A DNA stretch of 62,906 bases, filler included, from Reticulomyxa filosa (Eukaryota > Protista > Foraminifera): the NCBI GenBank assembly GCA_000512085.1. It is 21 parts of 21 records of this genome, joined end to end, with 100 filler letters (N's around TTAATTAATTAA, not from the genome) between each part and the next. Parts side by side here need not be neighbours in the genome. Positions count along the whole stretch, not along the records: positions 38,560 to 43,136 come from ASPP01006299.1; positions 43,237 to 44,245 come from ASPP01024675.1; positions 44,346 to 45,455 come from ASPP01015895.1; positions 45,556 to 46,726 come from ASPP01035485.1; positions 46,827 to 47,874 come from ASPP01025424.1; positions 47,975 to 49,982 come from ASPP01004626.1; positions 50,083 to 61,805 come from ASPP01038552.1; 14 more parts are not named here. One strand, 5' to 3'. Under the pieces are notes generated by a model that made no database searches, was not told where the DNA came from, and was given only the letters and a program-made list of their open reading frames with translations. Numbering within the stretch: position 1 is the first letter of the stretch; each line of letters opens with the position of its first letter. This document shows positions 39,043-51,390 of this stretch, piece after piece. Position numbers and translations under genes: made by a program.

Positions 39043-39460
39043 TTCTTTCTTTTCTTTTTTTTTTTCCCCGGCCCCTGTTCTCACTTCTGGAACAGAAAAG
39101 TCGAGTTTAAAAAGTTTAAGAACAACAATTTGTTCCAGAGCATCTTCTTTTCATTTTGAACACATAAAACCGTTGTTCGGTCAATGATAGAATTTAAAAA
39201 TGTTTTCAAGTGAAGGAGGTATTTCCTCTTCCTCTGTTGTTCAAATATTTTAGAAAAAAAGTAGTTTATTTTTTTTCTTCGTTAAGGCAGTTATTTTTTC
39301 ATTTTTTTCCAATGTTTATATTACTGATTTGAGAAGTTATCATTGTCTTCAAATAATGTGAGCACACAAGTGCGGAAACAATAACCACAACTAAAAAAAA
39401 GAAATACAAACAATTGTTACAAAGTACAGTTTATTTGTCAAACCTCGAGTTGTTTTTTTT

Positions 39461-42208
39461 TCAAGTTTGTGATGATGATTTATCTGAAAAGGCGGGCAAT
39501 GGATGAACCAAAGTTTCTACATTAATAAATTGGGAATTTTTGGTTGAATTTTCTTTTTCATGACCATCCTTTTCGCCTTCTCGTGTGGAGTCGTAATGCG
39601 ACCATTCAGCGACTTCATTATCGCTGTCTCTGTTGGCTTTTGTTTCCAAAAGATTCAACTCGGCCACAGTATCTCGTCGAGGTTCCTGTTCGTTTGTTTT
39701 GTCGAACTCGATGTCTCCAAAAATGTCGGACACGTTGCTTTCACTGCGACTAAATCGTCTCTGAGAGAGCGCTTTGTGGCGGTCGTGATCATTCTCCGTC
39801 TTGTCATTGTCAACAATGTTCGGGAGCCCATGGTGACCACCAGCGTTGTTTGCATTAGCTTCTGCTTTGACTGCAATGTTCAAAGTCATGGACAATTGTC
39901 CTTCGGACGCTATTCTTTGCGTTAAAACATGGTCCCCCCCCCGCCAATAAAAAAAAAAAAAAAAAATTATTCACATTTGTTATATATTATATGCTCCAAT
40001 CTGTTTATTTATTTATTTGTGGTTCTCTCAACAGTGAAGGTGTGCCGGATTTTGTGAGTTAGTGGACGAGGTAGACACAATGTGGGTCGTTGCACCGTCA
40101 CCCGAGCTGTTATTTATACTTTGTACTTTGGAATTGGTTTCTCGAAGTTTCTTTTCTTTCTTTTGCTGTTGTTGGTGTTGCCGTCTTGATTTCGCTTGGT
40201 CGTTGCCATCGTCGTCATCATCACCATCTCCTCTGTGATCATCGTCCCATCTCTCTGGTCTTTCAATCAAAGAGGACTCGATTTCGACCGAATGTTCTTC
40301 GTATTGTTGCTCGTGCTCTTGCGATCTTGCTGCCAATGCTTTTGGCCTTTTGCATTACCTCCTTGCGTGTGTCGGGAGTTGTTCGAAACGCGTTCTATTT
40401 CAATGTTCTTGTGCTGGTCGGCCAAGTCTTGGTCGGACATCAACGGCACGCGAACATCCGACGCTTGCAAATTCTCAAACTTATTTTGATGGTAGCGACG
40501 ATATTGTATCAAGCAACACAACACAATCGCGCAAAATACGGTCGGTGCTACTATGGTCAGCACCAAGTGCAATGTGTTGTCACCAGCTGATCATCACAAA
40601 CATAATAGCATAATAATAATAATAATAATGTTTGTGAACATGTACCATTGTGTATACGTATCATTGACAAAAAAAAAAAAAAAAAACAAACCTGATTTGG
40701 AAAAAATATTCGAAATCGACAATCTCTCTCCTGTAAACAAATAATAATTATCATTGGATCGCCCACCGAAAACATAAATCCATAGGTTTCGATAATCAAC
40801 GAAAGAGATATGATAATCCCTCCCCGTGCGTAGACAGGTGATGTCATTCAAGCTTTGGGAACTCCGATCAAGATTGTCTGCAAATAAAGTCACATAACTG
40901 ACAACGCGAGCATCTGACGTGCTACTGTCGTCTCCCCCCGTTAGTGGCCCTTTCCATCCTCCAGTTAACAGTACCTTGTTGACATCGTGCTGGTAAGGAT
41001 CGGTTATTGTCAACGCACTTGTATACGTACGATCGGGGTTTAAGCTGATATTTAGCGTCAACCAACTGTATTCGCCGTCGGCGTCACCTTTAAGATACCA
41101 CCGTTCTATCGACGGGTTCCAAATTATTGCGCCTTCTTCATCTTTGCCGATCACGCCACCAAATACGTATCTTTTATTTAAAAAAAAAAATTTAAAAAAA
41201 AGAAAACACCTTTTTTAAAAAAAAAAAAAAAAATTTTAACAAATAGTCCCCAATTGCAGCACAGCTATGCTTTGCTCTTGGATTCTTCAAGCTTGGAAGT
41301 TGTCGCCATAATTCCTCTCTGAAACTGTAGCTAAAGACAGTCGACAAGGTCAGGTTGGTGTTGTTGATGCCGCCCATGAGGTACACCACGTCTTGTGTGC
41401 TGTCGTAATACACGCACGTAGACATCAGTCGCGTGTAGCTGTCTTGGAACAAGGCAAGGTAAGGGTTCATGTACTCGTCCAGTATTGAACATGTCTGGTT
41501 CTCGATGTCAAACATTAGCGATTCGCTCTGGGAAGGGATTAATGGCATATACGCCCCAAACACAAATATCTGGCCCTCGCGAATCATTGAACACATCCCA
41601 TAACATTGGAAACTACAATTGATGTTGTTGTATTCACTCAGCGTTTCTATCGCACACACACACAAAATTATATTTTTGTACATTCATAATATGGAATTTT
41701 GTACATAGATATAAGTATGTGAGGGGTCCTTTTTTTTTTTTTTTGCACGCCTTTGTACAAAAACAACATCCCTTGTTTCACTTTTTTCTTTTTTATTTTT
41801 TTTTAAATGGTCAATACCATAGTCTGAAAGCCATATCGTTATGTTATTTGTGTTTGTGTCGTATGTCAGTACATCAGTAGCAAATTCTGCATAGGTTTGG
41901 TCACCATCGTCATCTGGTGTTGATTTTCCTCCGAATATATATATTGTTTGGTTCACTTGTCCAAACGCAAAATTTGAACGGGGCGTTGGGAGACGTGATG
42001 TATACGCCCATTCTGAGGCACCGTTATCTAGTTTCAGAAAAGATTGTACATGCTCTTTTATCACTTGTTTGTCAAAAAGAACAAAGACATCTATTTAATC
42101 AAAAATGATTAAATGCGAACCGGGACATGAAGAAACACCAAAAGAAAAGTGGAAAAGGCTTGCAATAATTACCAAAAACAATAGAATACACACATATCAG
42201 GTGTTCAT
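39461..42208 (-). CDS. Kelch-repeat type I membrane protein, spliced
   Basis: Signal-peptide-like exon 1; Kelch motifs (LPTPRSNFAFGQVNQTIYIFGG, VYLMGG, LKNPRAKHSCAAIG, VLLTGG, IYVFGG); TM helix LVLTIVAPTVFCAIVLCCLI followed by YRR; disordered tail. Confidence 0.78.
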
Positions 42209-43236
42209 CAAAGAATTTTCCTTATTTTTTATCCAGGCCTAACACACTCCTGGTGAAAGCAGACGTTCGCTGCTATTTGTACAAAATTCCAATATTTTTT
42301 GTTGTTAGTATCTTTGAGCTTTATTTGGCCATAACTAGTCTAGTTTCAATTTTTTTTTGAAAGTTTTTGACGGCAATGCTAATCACTCATTATGATTGAA
42401 CTGTTCTATCATTGAATGATTATATCACTATCATTAATTTTTTCACAAGTATAACATAATATGAACTATTATCGAGTTGCAACAAACAACTCCTTTTAAG
42501 TCGGAAAGTCTCATTTCTGTACATGAGCGACAACAAAAAAAAACATGGTAAGAAAATAAAAGTTAGAAGATGAAAAGGAAGAGGTTGAGTAGTTAATTAT
42601 CAATACCTTTGGGTTGGTTGTTTTCATTTCCAGAAATTTTGTGATATGGAAATGACATATTGAAATGTTTGCATTAAGAATATGTATTTCAATTATACAC
42701 ATAAAAAAAAATATAACAGACAATCATTGTATGGAGCAGTAACTGGATTTACAAAATGTTGTCCAATGTATTAAATTTTATCATGAAAAAAAAACAATCT
42801 ATAAACGCACATATCACTTTTAATATCTGAAAAGCAGTGTGCACTTTAATCGATAGATTGAATCATGAAATAGGTCTTGAATATTAATTTTTTGCAAATT
42901 TTTTTAATCCTATTCTTATTTCTTTTTACAACATGGTGACTCTTTACGTTCCCAAGAGTCATCAAACATACAGAATTACTTGATAGTCCGAATAATATAT
43001 TTGATACTCTGATAAATATTTTTTTATATGGAGCTTGCTGATGCTTATTTCCACTCAAATATAAATCATAATCACAAATACTCAAGAATTATACAAAAAA
43101 AGAAAATATTTTTTGAATACACATTATTATTATTATNNNNNNNNNNNNNNNNNNNNNNNNNNNNNNNNNNNNNNNNNNNNTTAATTAATTAANNNNNNNN
43201 NNNNNNNNNNNNNNNNNNNNNNNNNNNNNNNNNNNN

Positions 43237-44205
43237 AGAAAAAGAATCAGAAAAAGATTTTGAGAATAAAAAGACAAAGATATCTAACGATTCGATAATG
43301 AATAAGTCAGAGTTGCAAGTGAAGCGAAATGTGCGCGACATAATCCACAGCGGGCCATACATGACAAGCGAGGCATTGCATTTGGGACTGATCGACGGCG
43401 TGTATTATCGAGACGAGTTGTACGAGGAGGTGTTGCCGGCACTGTTGGGCGTGGACAAGTCGCGACTGCATTTTCTGTATGTGCACAGTTACTGGAAGCG
43501 CGTGGGCAAGCGTCGATATAAAAAGTACGAGTCAAAGGGCAGTAGATTTTTTTGGGATCGAGACAAGACGGCCATTGCATTGATCGAAGCCAAAGGCGCC
43601 ATTATCGACGGCGATAGCAATGACAATCGAGGCGAGCAGATTACGTCACAGCAAATGTGTCGCGCATTGCGAGCAGTTCGAACAGATAAAAAATGGAAAG
43701 GTCTGCTATTGCACATTGACTCGCCAGGAGGGTCCGTCACTGCATGTGCGGCCATTCATCGCGAGTTGAGTCTTTTACGTCGCGAAGGCAAGCCTATTGT
43801 CGTCGTGCAATCCAATGTCGCGGCGATGGACTCATTGACGAACTTGGAGGCATTGAGGAAGGTATTCAAAAGATTAAACAGCTTTGCCAACTTTCTCCGA
43901 CTTGCAATGTCAAACTAGCCAATCCTTTGCAACATCCTTCGTTCCTCGATCTCGTCCTCGGAAATGAAATTGAAAATGAAGATCAACAATGTGTCGCATA
44001 TCATCATCATCATCATCATCATGCCTTGCCCTACTACCGTCCACTATCACGTGGAATCTCTTGCAAACCATCTCACGTCAAAGCGTCATGCTCCTTCTTC
44101 GATCCTCCTAATCCTCCGCAACACTCTTCTCTTCCTCTGTCTTGCCCTTTGCTCTTCGCGAGTCACTCCCTTTCTTCACCGGCGTTCAACATGTTCAAAC
44201 ATTGA
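43237..44205 (+). pseudogene. sppA: Signal peptide peptidase SppA (S49) C-terminal part with internal deletion and frameshift
   Basis: EALHLGLIDG..YRDE, IALIEAKGAIIDG, LLHIDSPGGS, KPIVVVQSNVAA, then a direct jump (frame change at ~43825) to GLIDELGG. The catalytic SGGY segment is missing. Confidence 0.75.
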
Positions 44206-44417
44206 GGCAAATGCTCGGTGTCAATCTCTACTCTCCTAGCGTCCANNNNNNNNNNNNNNNNNNNNNNNNNNNNNNNNNNNNNNNNNNNNTTAATTAATTA
44301 ANNNNNNNNNNNNNNNNNNNNNNNNNNNNNNNNNNNNNNNNNNNNTATATATATATGTATATATATGTCTAAATGTGTATTTTTTTTACTTTTGATGTTT
44401 GTTTTCTTTTTTGCTAG

Positions 44418-45211
44418 TTAATGACTGAACCACTCTTTGACGAACTGAGGACCAAAAAACAATTGGGGTATTCGGTGTCGTGCTATTATCGTGTAATTCA
44501 TGGAGTTGGACACTTTGGTGTAGAGCTCCTGTCTTCGCAGTACCAATGCGACGAGATTGCGTTCTACGTGTTGGAGTTTCTGTGTCAGTACTTTTACAAA
44601 GAACATTTGCAAGTGCGACTGCAACAAAACGACTTCAAAAAATTCAAAAAGTATGTCAAGTCGCAAACCGTCAGTGTGATGGCCCCGGACATCAATTTAA
44701 GAGGGAGGTTCGACCGATTTTGGACTACGATGGTACAAGACAATTGGTTCTTATTCGATCGCAAAAAAATAATCCAAAAGTATTTGCAACATGTCAAACT
44801 GGTAGATGTCATTGACTTTTTTGAAAAATATATACTCCTTTTGAAGCCAAATCCACCCACGATTGCTGCAGGAGATGGAGGTGCTCCTACCTTTGTTCGC
44901 AATGACAATGTTCGCTGCGTTATTTTGGCTATTCATGCACAAAAGTTTAAAAAGACCACTGCCGATGCTGTCAGTACAGATAACGATGCTGATGATGAAA
45001 AGAAGCAACAGTCTCAATCGTCTCAACCCTCGGAACAATCACAACAACAACACAACAACAATCGGCTCAAAACACTGACGTCCAAGATTTGGAGGAACGA
45101 CTCGCCAAAAGCATTGGAGGAGACAAAGACAAAATTTGGAATATTTACGATATCTACAGTGTCGAAGAGTTTAAACAAATGATGGAGTTGTATCCTTCTT
45201 ATGTTGGTTGA
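44418..45211 (+). CDS. Insulysin/M16A metallopeptidase C-terminal region, final exon
   Basis: EPLFDELRTKKQLGYSV, FDRKK..L..VKLVDVIDFFEKY; terminal VEEFKQMMELYP reached after a frameshift near 45140. Confidence 0.8.
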
Positions 45212-45555
45212 TTATTTAATTTGCAATAAAACTCTCTTGTCCTTTTTTTTAAGAAAAAAAAGCTCAAAGCTGGGAAGTGAGAGATGAACACTTTTTTGGT
45301 TGGATAAACATTAGGAGTTTTTAAAAAAATTTTTTGGGTTATGAATGATGGAAAAAAAACGTTGGCTCAAATGTTGTGTTTACTACACTTTTGAACCAAC
45401 AAAATCCCTTCCTAAATTGAAATTTCCTCTTGGATTTTCCAAACTAAAAGATAAGNNNNNNNNNNNNNNNNNNNNNNNNNNNNNNNNNNNNNNNNNNNNT
45501 TAATTAATTAANNNNNNNNNNNNNNNNNNNNNNNNNNNNNNNNNNNNNNNNNNNN

Positions 45556-46573
45556 TTTTCAAATAAGTGCGCCATGCTTCTTCGGCGGCAACCACTTTGC
45601 CAGGACGAACCATTTGATTCCACTGATTTCGTTCTTGAATTCTGTTGGATCTGATTTAAACCTTCATGCAATCCATCTAATAAAAATGACAGTAATTCTT
45701 GGCTGATAAAAAGGGAATATATATACATATATGCATATATTAAAAATTTCTTTCAAGTATTTTTTTTAAAACACATATATACACGTTACATACATGCACA
45801 TATACACACACATCGGTGCAACTTCTCCAATAGCAGCTTTAAAATACCTTGAAACATATCTTTCAAGAGCTGAGACCATGCTTGGTCAACTTTTCCTTTC
45901 CATCACAATGGATTGTTTTTTGTTGAATATGATCAACAAAATCATCATTTAGAAAATAATGAATCAAATAAAGGGATTGAATAGTGGAGTTCATAAAACA
46001 AGTGTTCACCAAAATTACAAAGTCCGATGACTCCTTTTTGTTTCAGTTTTCCTTTTTCATATCCTTCTCGAAACCAAGATGATTCTCCCAAATAGTCATT
46101 TCCCGTTGCCGCCGATATGATTTCCCTTTCGAATGAGTATGTCTTAATGTGGATCCATTCATCCCAACGCTCCGCCCATCCAATAAAATGCACCGCCGCT
46201 TTCCCTGCATTTGAACTCCCTTCAGGAGCGACCACACGAATGTGTGACTCATACCATTTTTTTTGTCCACACTCTGGTACAACACATAAACATGCACTAT
46301 AACCCAAAAAAAAAAAATTTTGTCACAAATTTGAATAATATATAAATATATATAACTTGAACGTCCAAAATATCTCCAGGTTGAAAATTTTTCCATTTGT
46401 CTGGTCCTTTGATGGAAAAGATGATTGTCCATTTGTCGTCGATACTTTCTTGTACGCAGTAGATTCCATTGATCAGTATGCAGCCCTCTAACTCTTTCTT
46501 CAATTGCAAAGAGATCTTCTGCGTCAACGAGCTCGCTATTGTCAATTGGACCTTGGACCTGGTCTTGACACAT
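45556..46573 (-). pseudogene. Ubiquitin-specific protease (USP4/15-like) pseudogene fragment
   Basis: DUSP GPIDNSEL; Cys box GVIGLCNFG[N]TCFMNSTIQ with a frameshift; QELLSFLLDGLHEGLN; several indels. Confidence 0.78.
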
Positions 46574-46826
46574 GACGCAAATGCAAGTTTTCTACTCCTT
46601 CTTACTATGTCTTAGTCCTTTTGTTATTACCATTTCATTTGTAAAGAAAATGTCAAATCAATTAAAAAAAAAAAAGTTGTAATGTCCTTTTTCTTTTTGC
46701 AAATCAAAACTTTCTTATTGTAAGCANNNNNNNNNNNNNNNNNNNNNNNNNNNNNNNNNNNNNNNNNNNNTTAATTAATTAANNNNNNNNNNNNNNNNNN
46801 NNNNNNNNNNNNNNNNNNNNNNNNNN

Positions 46827-47841
46827 TACCGACACCGAGAATTTGCATACTATGCAGCTGCTTGTGGGGGGTGGATAATATTGCTTTGGCTTTTTGTTCA
46901 ATTTGTGGTTCGATTGAGTCGCCATGACTCACATTTGTATCGGACAAAGTATTTTCGTTTTCATCAATTTACAATTGCCGCATTGAGCGGGACAATGGGA
47001 GCCCAAAATATATTATTTGCAAAAGGGGCATCGACCTTACTAGTACTTACCATTACGAATAAGGGAATGATGTTTACCCATTATCCAACGTACTTAATTT
47101 TGATTGGTCTTTTTTGGAGCATTTATTTCCAACTGCGTTGGCTCAACTCTGGATTGAAAAGGTACTTTTCGTATGTGTGTATTTGTATCTGCGAGGTTGA
47201 TACGTATACAAATATTGTTCCTAAAAAAAAAAAAAAAAAAAAAAAAACAAAAAAAAAAACTCTTCCAATAACATTATGTCAGATTTTCGGCGTTACAAGT
47301 GGTCCCTGTATTTCAATCGTTTTGGATTTTGGTGTCTGTTTTGGGTGGGTTGGCGGTGTATCAAGAATTCAATGACATGAACACGCTTACGAAGTGTGTG
47401 TTTCCGGTTGGTGTTTTGATGACCATTGGCGGGGTGTCTTACTTGACCGCACAAAAACAACCGAAACCACACAAGCAAAGCTCATCAAAAGATAACGTCA
47501 TGTATCACGCCGATGTCTATGTTCATATTGACGGTCATGCCAGTGCCAATGCAAGTGTTGGTGTTGATATCGATGTTGCTATTGAGTCAGGTAATTCGTC
47601 GCTGTCAACAATTAAAGAAACACCACAGCATTTCAATGGAAATGTGGACGGCGTTACCACGAACGAAGATAATCCGTCTCATTTTGGAGCAAAGACGTAT
47701 CATGTGGACAGAAGCTCTGTGCAAGAAAAAACACTCGAACATGGCGCAACTCAGCATGCTGTTGTTACAGTGACCGAAAAAAAAGAGGCTGAAAAAAATT
47801 TGACTGTGCCTTTTCATTCAACCGATTTTGAGTTACTTTGA
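46827..47841 (+). CDS. NIPA-family magnesium transporter, 5'-partial, intron 47162-47282
   Basis: ALSGTMGAQNILFAKG, QLRWLNSGLKR|FSALQVVPVFQSFWILVSVLGGLAVYQEF, GVLMTIGGVSYL. Confidence 0.85.
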
Positions 47842-48497
47842 TGGGATCCAAACTCTCTTTTTTTTTTTATTTTTNNNNNNNNNNNNNNNNNNNNNNNNNN
47901 NNNNNNNNNNNNNNNNNNTTAATTAATTAANNNNNNNNNNNNNNNNNNNNNNNNNNNNNNNNNNNNNNNNNNNNTTCTTCTCTATTTCTGCAGTTGAAGA
48001 CGTCCTGTTCCCTTCTTGGAGAGTTCGTTTGTGCATTCATTTTTCTATCTCGCCAAACTTTTGTGACGAACAACGTTACCTGAGGGAAAAAAAAGACAGT
48101 CTTTTTTTTTTTTTTTTAAAATAACAAAAAAGTAAAAAGATTGCGAAATATGAGATATTCTTTAATGATCCAACTGATTGAAACAGAATGAACAACAAGA
48201 TAACATATTTCAAACAACGTATACAAAAATGTAAAAAAAAATACTCTCAATAAAAAAAAAAAAAAATCATGAATCACTTGGAACACGTACATACATATAT
48301 AAAAGACCACAACTAATTTAAAATTTTTTTTAAAAAAAGTGTTATTTAAGGGGCAAACACGTTTATAAGAGACAGTAACATGCTGTGGTGCGATCTCAGT
48401 GTGCCACCAAAGTATAGCGGGAACTGGTTAAGACGGTCCCCATGCAGGTAGTTCTTATGGGAATGAAGTTCTAAGCGAACAGGGTTTGATGTGTATC

Positions 48498-49079
48498 AAT
48501 CCCAAATGCGATAAGTGCAGTTGAATTTATTCTGAATGCTTTCAAAAATGCACTGCGTCTGTCCCTTGACAAAGGTCATGAAGGTCATTTGCCCAGGGGT
48601 TTCCCACGACATTAAACAATACGTATCCATATATGGCGATCATATCATCTTGGATTTACGTATACTTTATGGATCGAGGGAAGTACTGATACCATCTGAA
48701 AATGCACGCCCCCGGAATAAAACCTTGCGAAAACTCAAACAACTTGTTTGTGTTCGAGCGGTGTCATGTGTTAATGTCGCAAGGATAAGTTTACTGCGTT
48801 GTTGTGGAACACCATGCGGTATGTGAATGTGGTCACATTTGTCAACACTTTTAGTTCATTCTCCACTAACGACTCCTTGTTGTGTGCATCCATGTTGTGT
48901 CCATTTGCTGGTATCGTCACAAACACCCAGTCTTCTGTCGAACAGTTTTGCACTTGATTGCACCCGATGCAAGGGTCACTCAATGGACACGCGTTCATGA
49001 TACCAGTCGTTACCAGTACCGTCCACACAGCCAAAGTGCTAAAACATAACATCCACCACAATGCCACACTTTTTTTCAT
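48498..49079 (-). CDS. Hypothetical secreted Cys-containing protein, probably spliced
   Basis: Signal-peptide-like MKKSVALWWMLCFSTLAVWTVLVTTG and a Cys-rich start; downstream exons uncertain. Confidence 0.4.
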
Positions 49080-49353
49080 CATTTTCTTTTTGTTGGAGAT
49101 TCAATAGCTATCCACACTTTAAAAGATCATTGATGACAACGTCAAAAAAACTTTTTATTCCAGGACCCGTTACGCTGCGTTTGTTTAACTCATTAGCACC
49201 ATATTAAATCCAAAAAAAAAATAACTTTCCATTTTTTATTTGCCAAAATTAATAGACTTTTTATTTATTTGTTCATATATTGCTAATTTATGTTTCCACA
49301 CATACACGCAATTGTTACTCTGACGAACTTTTTTCTCCCTCCTCTCCCCCTTC

Positions 49354-49806
49354 ATGCTTGTGCATGATAATCTTTCTTCTGTTATACACATTAAAGAAGT
49401 TGAGATATTTGCACAACGCACTAACGTTTTACTCAATTGCATGCTTACCCTGCTGTTCGTCCCGCTGACGTGGCCTAATAGCTTGTCGGCGTCAGTGCCT
49501 TGTCTCTCTTATGATGCACCCGTGGTGCCCAATCTGGCGCTTTTTCTGAAGGCATTGCTGTTGGTGCAAGGATATCAGATCTTCAAAAATGTGGGGCTCA
49601 ATAAGGACACTCATCCCGACGACATCTCGATGGACATCTCGGGCCTATCGACCTACGGCCAGTTGAAGTACCTTTTCAAGGAGGAACTCACTCAATTGAC
49701 CGAACTGATCATTGTCATGGCCGATCGTAACTCGGAATGTATTGTCGAAAAGGCCGATAAAATGGGGCTTCGATCCCCAAACACATGGACCATTATTTCG
49801 GGATAA
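49354..49806 (+). CDS. Hypothetical protein
   Basis: 150-aa ORF with coding-like GC content between AT-rich flanks; no motif recognised. Confidence 0.35.
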   Translation: MLVHDNLSSVIHIKEVEIFAQRTNVLLNCMLTLLFVPLTWPNSLSASVPCLSYDAPVVPNLALFLKALLLVQGYQIFKNVGLNKDTHPDDISMDISGLSTYGQLKYLFKEELTQLTELIIVMADRNSECIVEKADKMGLRSPNTWTIISG

Positions 49807-50082
49807 TCAAACAATAGAGCCAATTTGTTTTGTGATTGATAATATGCACTTTATTTTTGTTGTATCCAACTCTTAATTTTTATTATCTTTTTTTGGCTCT
49901 GAAGTTTCGTTTGCATAAGTCCTTTTCTTTATTTCTTTTTTTTTTTTTTTGCTCTTGCAGCTTCATATACAGGGACCTTTTTNNNNNNNNNNNNNNNNNN
50001 NNNNNNNNNNNNNNNNNNNNNNNNNNTTAATTAATTAANNNNNNNNNNNNNNNNNNNNNNNNNNNNNNNNNNNNNNNNNNNN

Positions 50083-50615
50083 TATCATGGATATCCCCAT
50101 TCAAACATGAACGTGAAATTTTGTTTTCAATATCTTCAGTAGGTATTTGTGCTGATAACACACTACATAAAAGCTTTTCTGCATGGAATGCAAAAGTAGA
50201 AAGTGAAGATGAAGATACGCAGATGATATTATTGACATGGACAGAATATGATGAATATATACAACAAACTATGCAAATAAGTGCAACGTGGAATCATACA
50301 ATTGATTTGAATGTCATTTATTTTGTACTTAAATATTGTACAAAAGAAAATATATATCACGCAAATAAAGTATTGCTTGAGTTTGAGCAATGGAAATCTC
50401 GAGATAACAAAGAACAAAAGTACAAAGAGAGAATAAAGGAGTTTTTGGAAAGACGTTGCTGCAATCATGGTATCAATTTGTTGTTTATTTTTCTTGAAGA
50501 AAAGCGCGAGCTACTATCACATACTGCGCTTGAATTAATACCTTTTTTTACCATTAAAGTTGGATTTCCGTTTGTTAAAAATGATTATCATTTTTATCAA
50601 TTGCTTCCATTTTGA
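50083..50615 (+). CDS. ADP-ribosyltransferase-like (R-S-E clade) C-terminal fragment plus helical tail, 5'-partial
   Basis: The frame is open from the contig edge: SWISPFKHEREILFS resembles the ART 'IS.F..E.EVL' motif with the catalytic E-x-E. Upstream R and STS motifs are not in the window. Confidence 0.5.
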
Positions 50616-51152
50616 AGCTTTTTTGTCTGTTATTATAATATACAGTAGAATAAAAATATCTACGAATCATGTAGTTTTTAAACGTTATTTTTACTTTTAT
50701 TTTATCTTTCGAAATTTTCAAAAATTTGCATCTTTTATTTGATTTTTTGAAATTTTCGAGAAAAGTTTACAATTCTTTTTTAGCATGTTCGTAAATACCT
50801 TATGAAAATTTTTTAGAAAATGAAAAAAAACCCAAAAAATTTTCTTTATTATTTTTTTGTAATATTTTTATGAAGTTTATCGATATTTTTTTGTTTGGTG
50901 TTTTGATATTTTTGGATTATTTATTTAATTGATTTTGTTTTTGCTGCTTTAATTGTTTTATGCTATTGTTATTTATTTATATCTTACTTTTTTTTTGGAA
51001 TTTTGCAATGTCTAAAAAGACAATTTGATGTAATTGTCTTTAAAACAATAAACATTTAATTAAAAGTTTTACAAGTTTAAATGTTTAGATATTATAAAAA
51101 GAAACAAAATGCTTTGTTTGAAAAGTTTTTTTAAAATTGAATATATTCATCA

Positions 51153-51390
51153 CCAAAATGCGATATGGTAGCAGTTCCGGACTTTGGATCATGAGCAATG
51201 GAAAACTGTGGTTTGGTGACGTATCGAGAATCAATAATAATGTTAATCAAATGATTAACCCCTGTGCCACAACTGCAGCCCGCAGCTCGCATTGTGTGCT
51301 GTGAATTGGAACACATTGTTCGGCAATCTGGTCACGATGGATTGGTGGTCTGAGCTGTAGCTGAATGAGAGATTTGCGCGCTTCGTGGAA
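51153..51390 (+). pseudogene. M1 (puromycin-sensitive-like) aminopeptidase pseudogene fragment
   Basis: [25 protein letters not shown] (GAMEN motif), a corrupted HEXXH, and FGNLVTMDWWSEL*LNERFARFVE. Confidence 0.85.

Noticed and set aside
20850-45150. Single frameshifts in WD40, XPF, SLC12, Kelch and insulysin genes as programmed frameshifting
   Set aside because: Several fall in or near homopolymer runs of unrelated genes and share no slippery motif; assembly indel error is the simpler explanation.
15932-51200. TGA at conserved Gly positions (EFL KG*F at 15932, M1 peptidase S*AMEN at ~51192) suggesting TGA=Gly recoding
   Set aside because: Both lie in fragments with other stops and frameshifts, a single GGA>TGA transversion explains each, and TGA terminates intact genes here (kinase 2352, WD40 20161, NIPA 47841).
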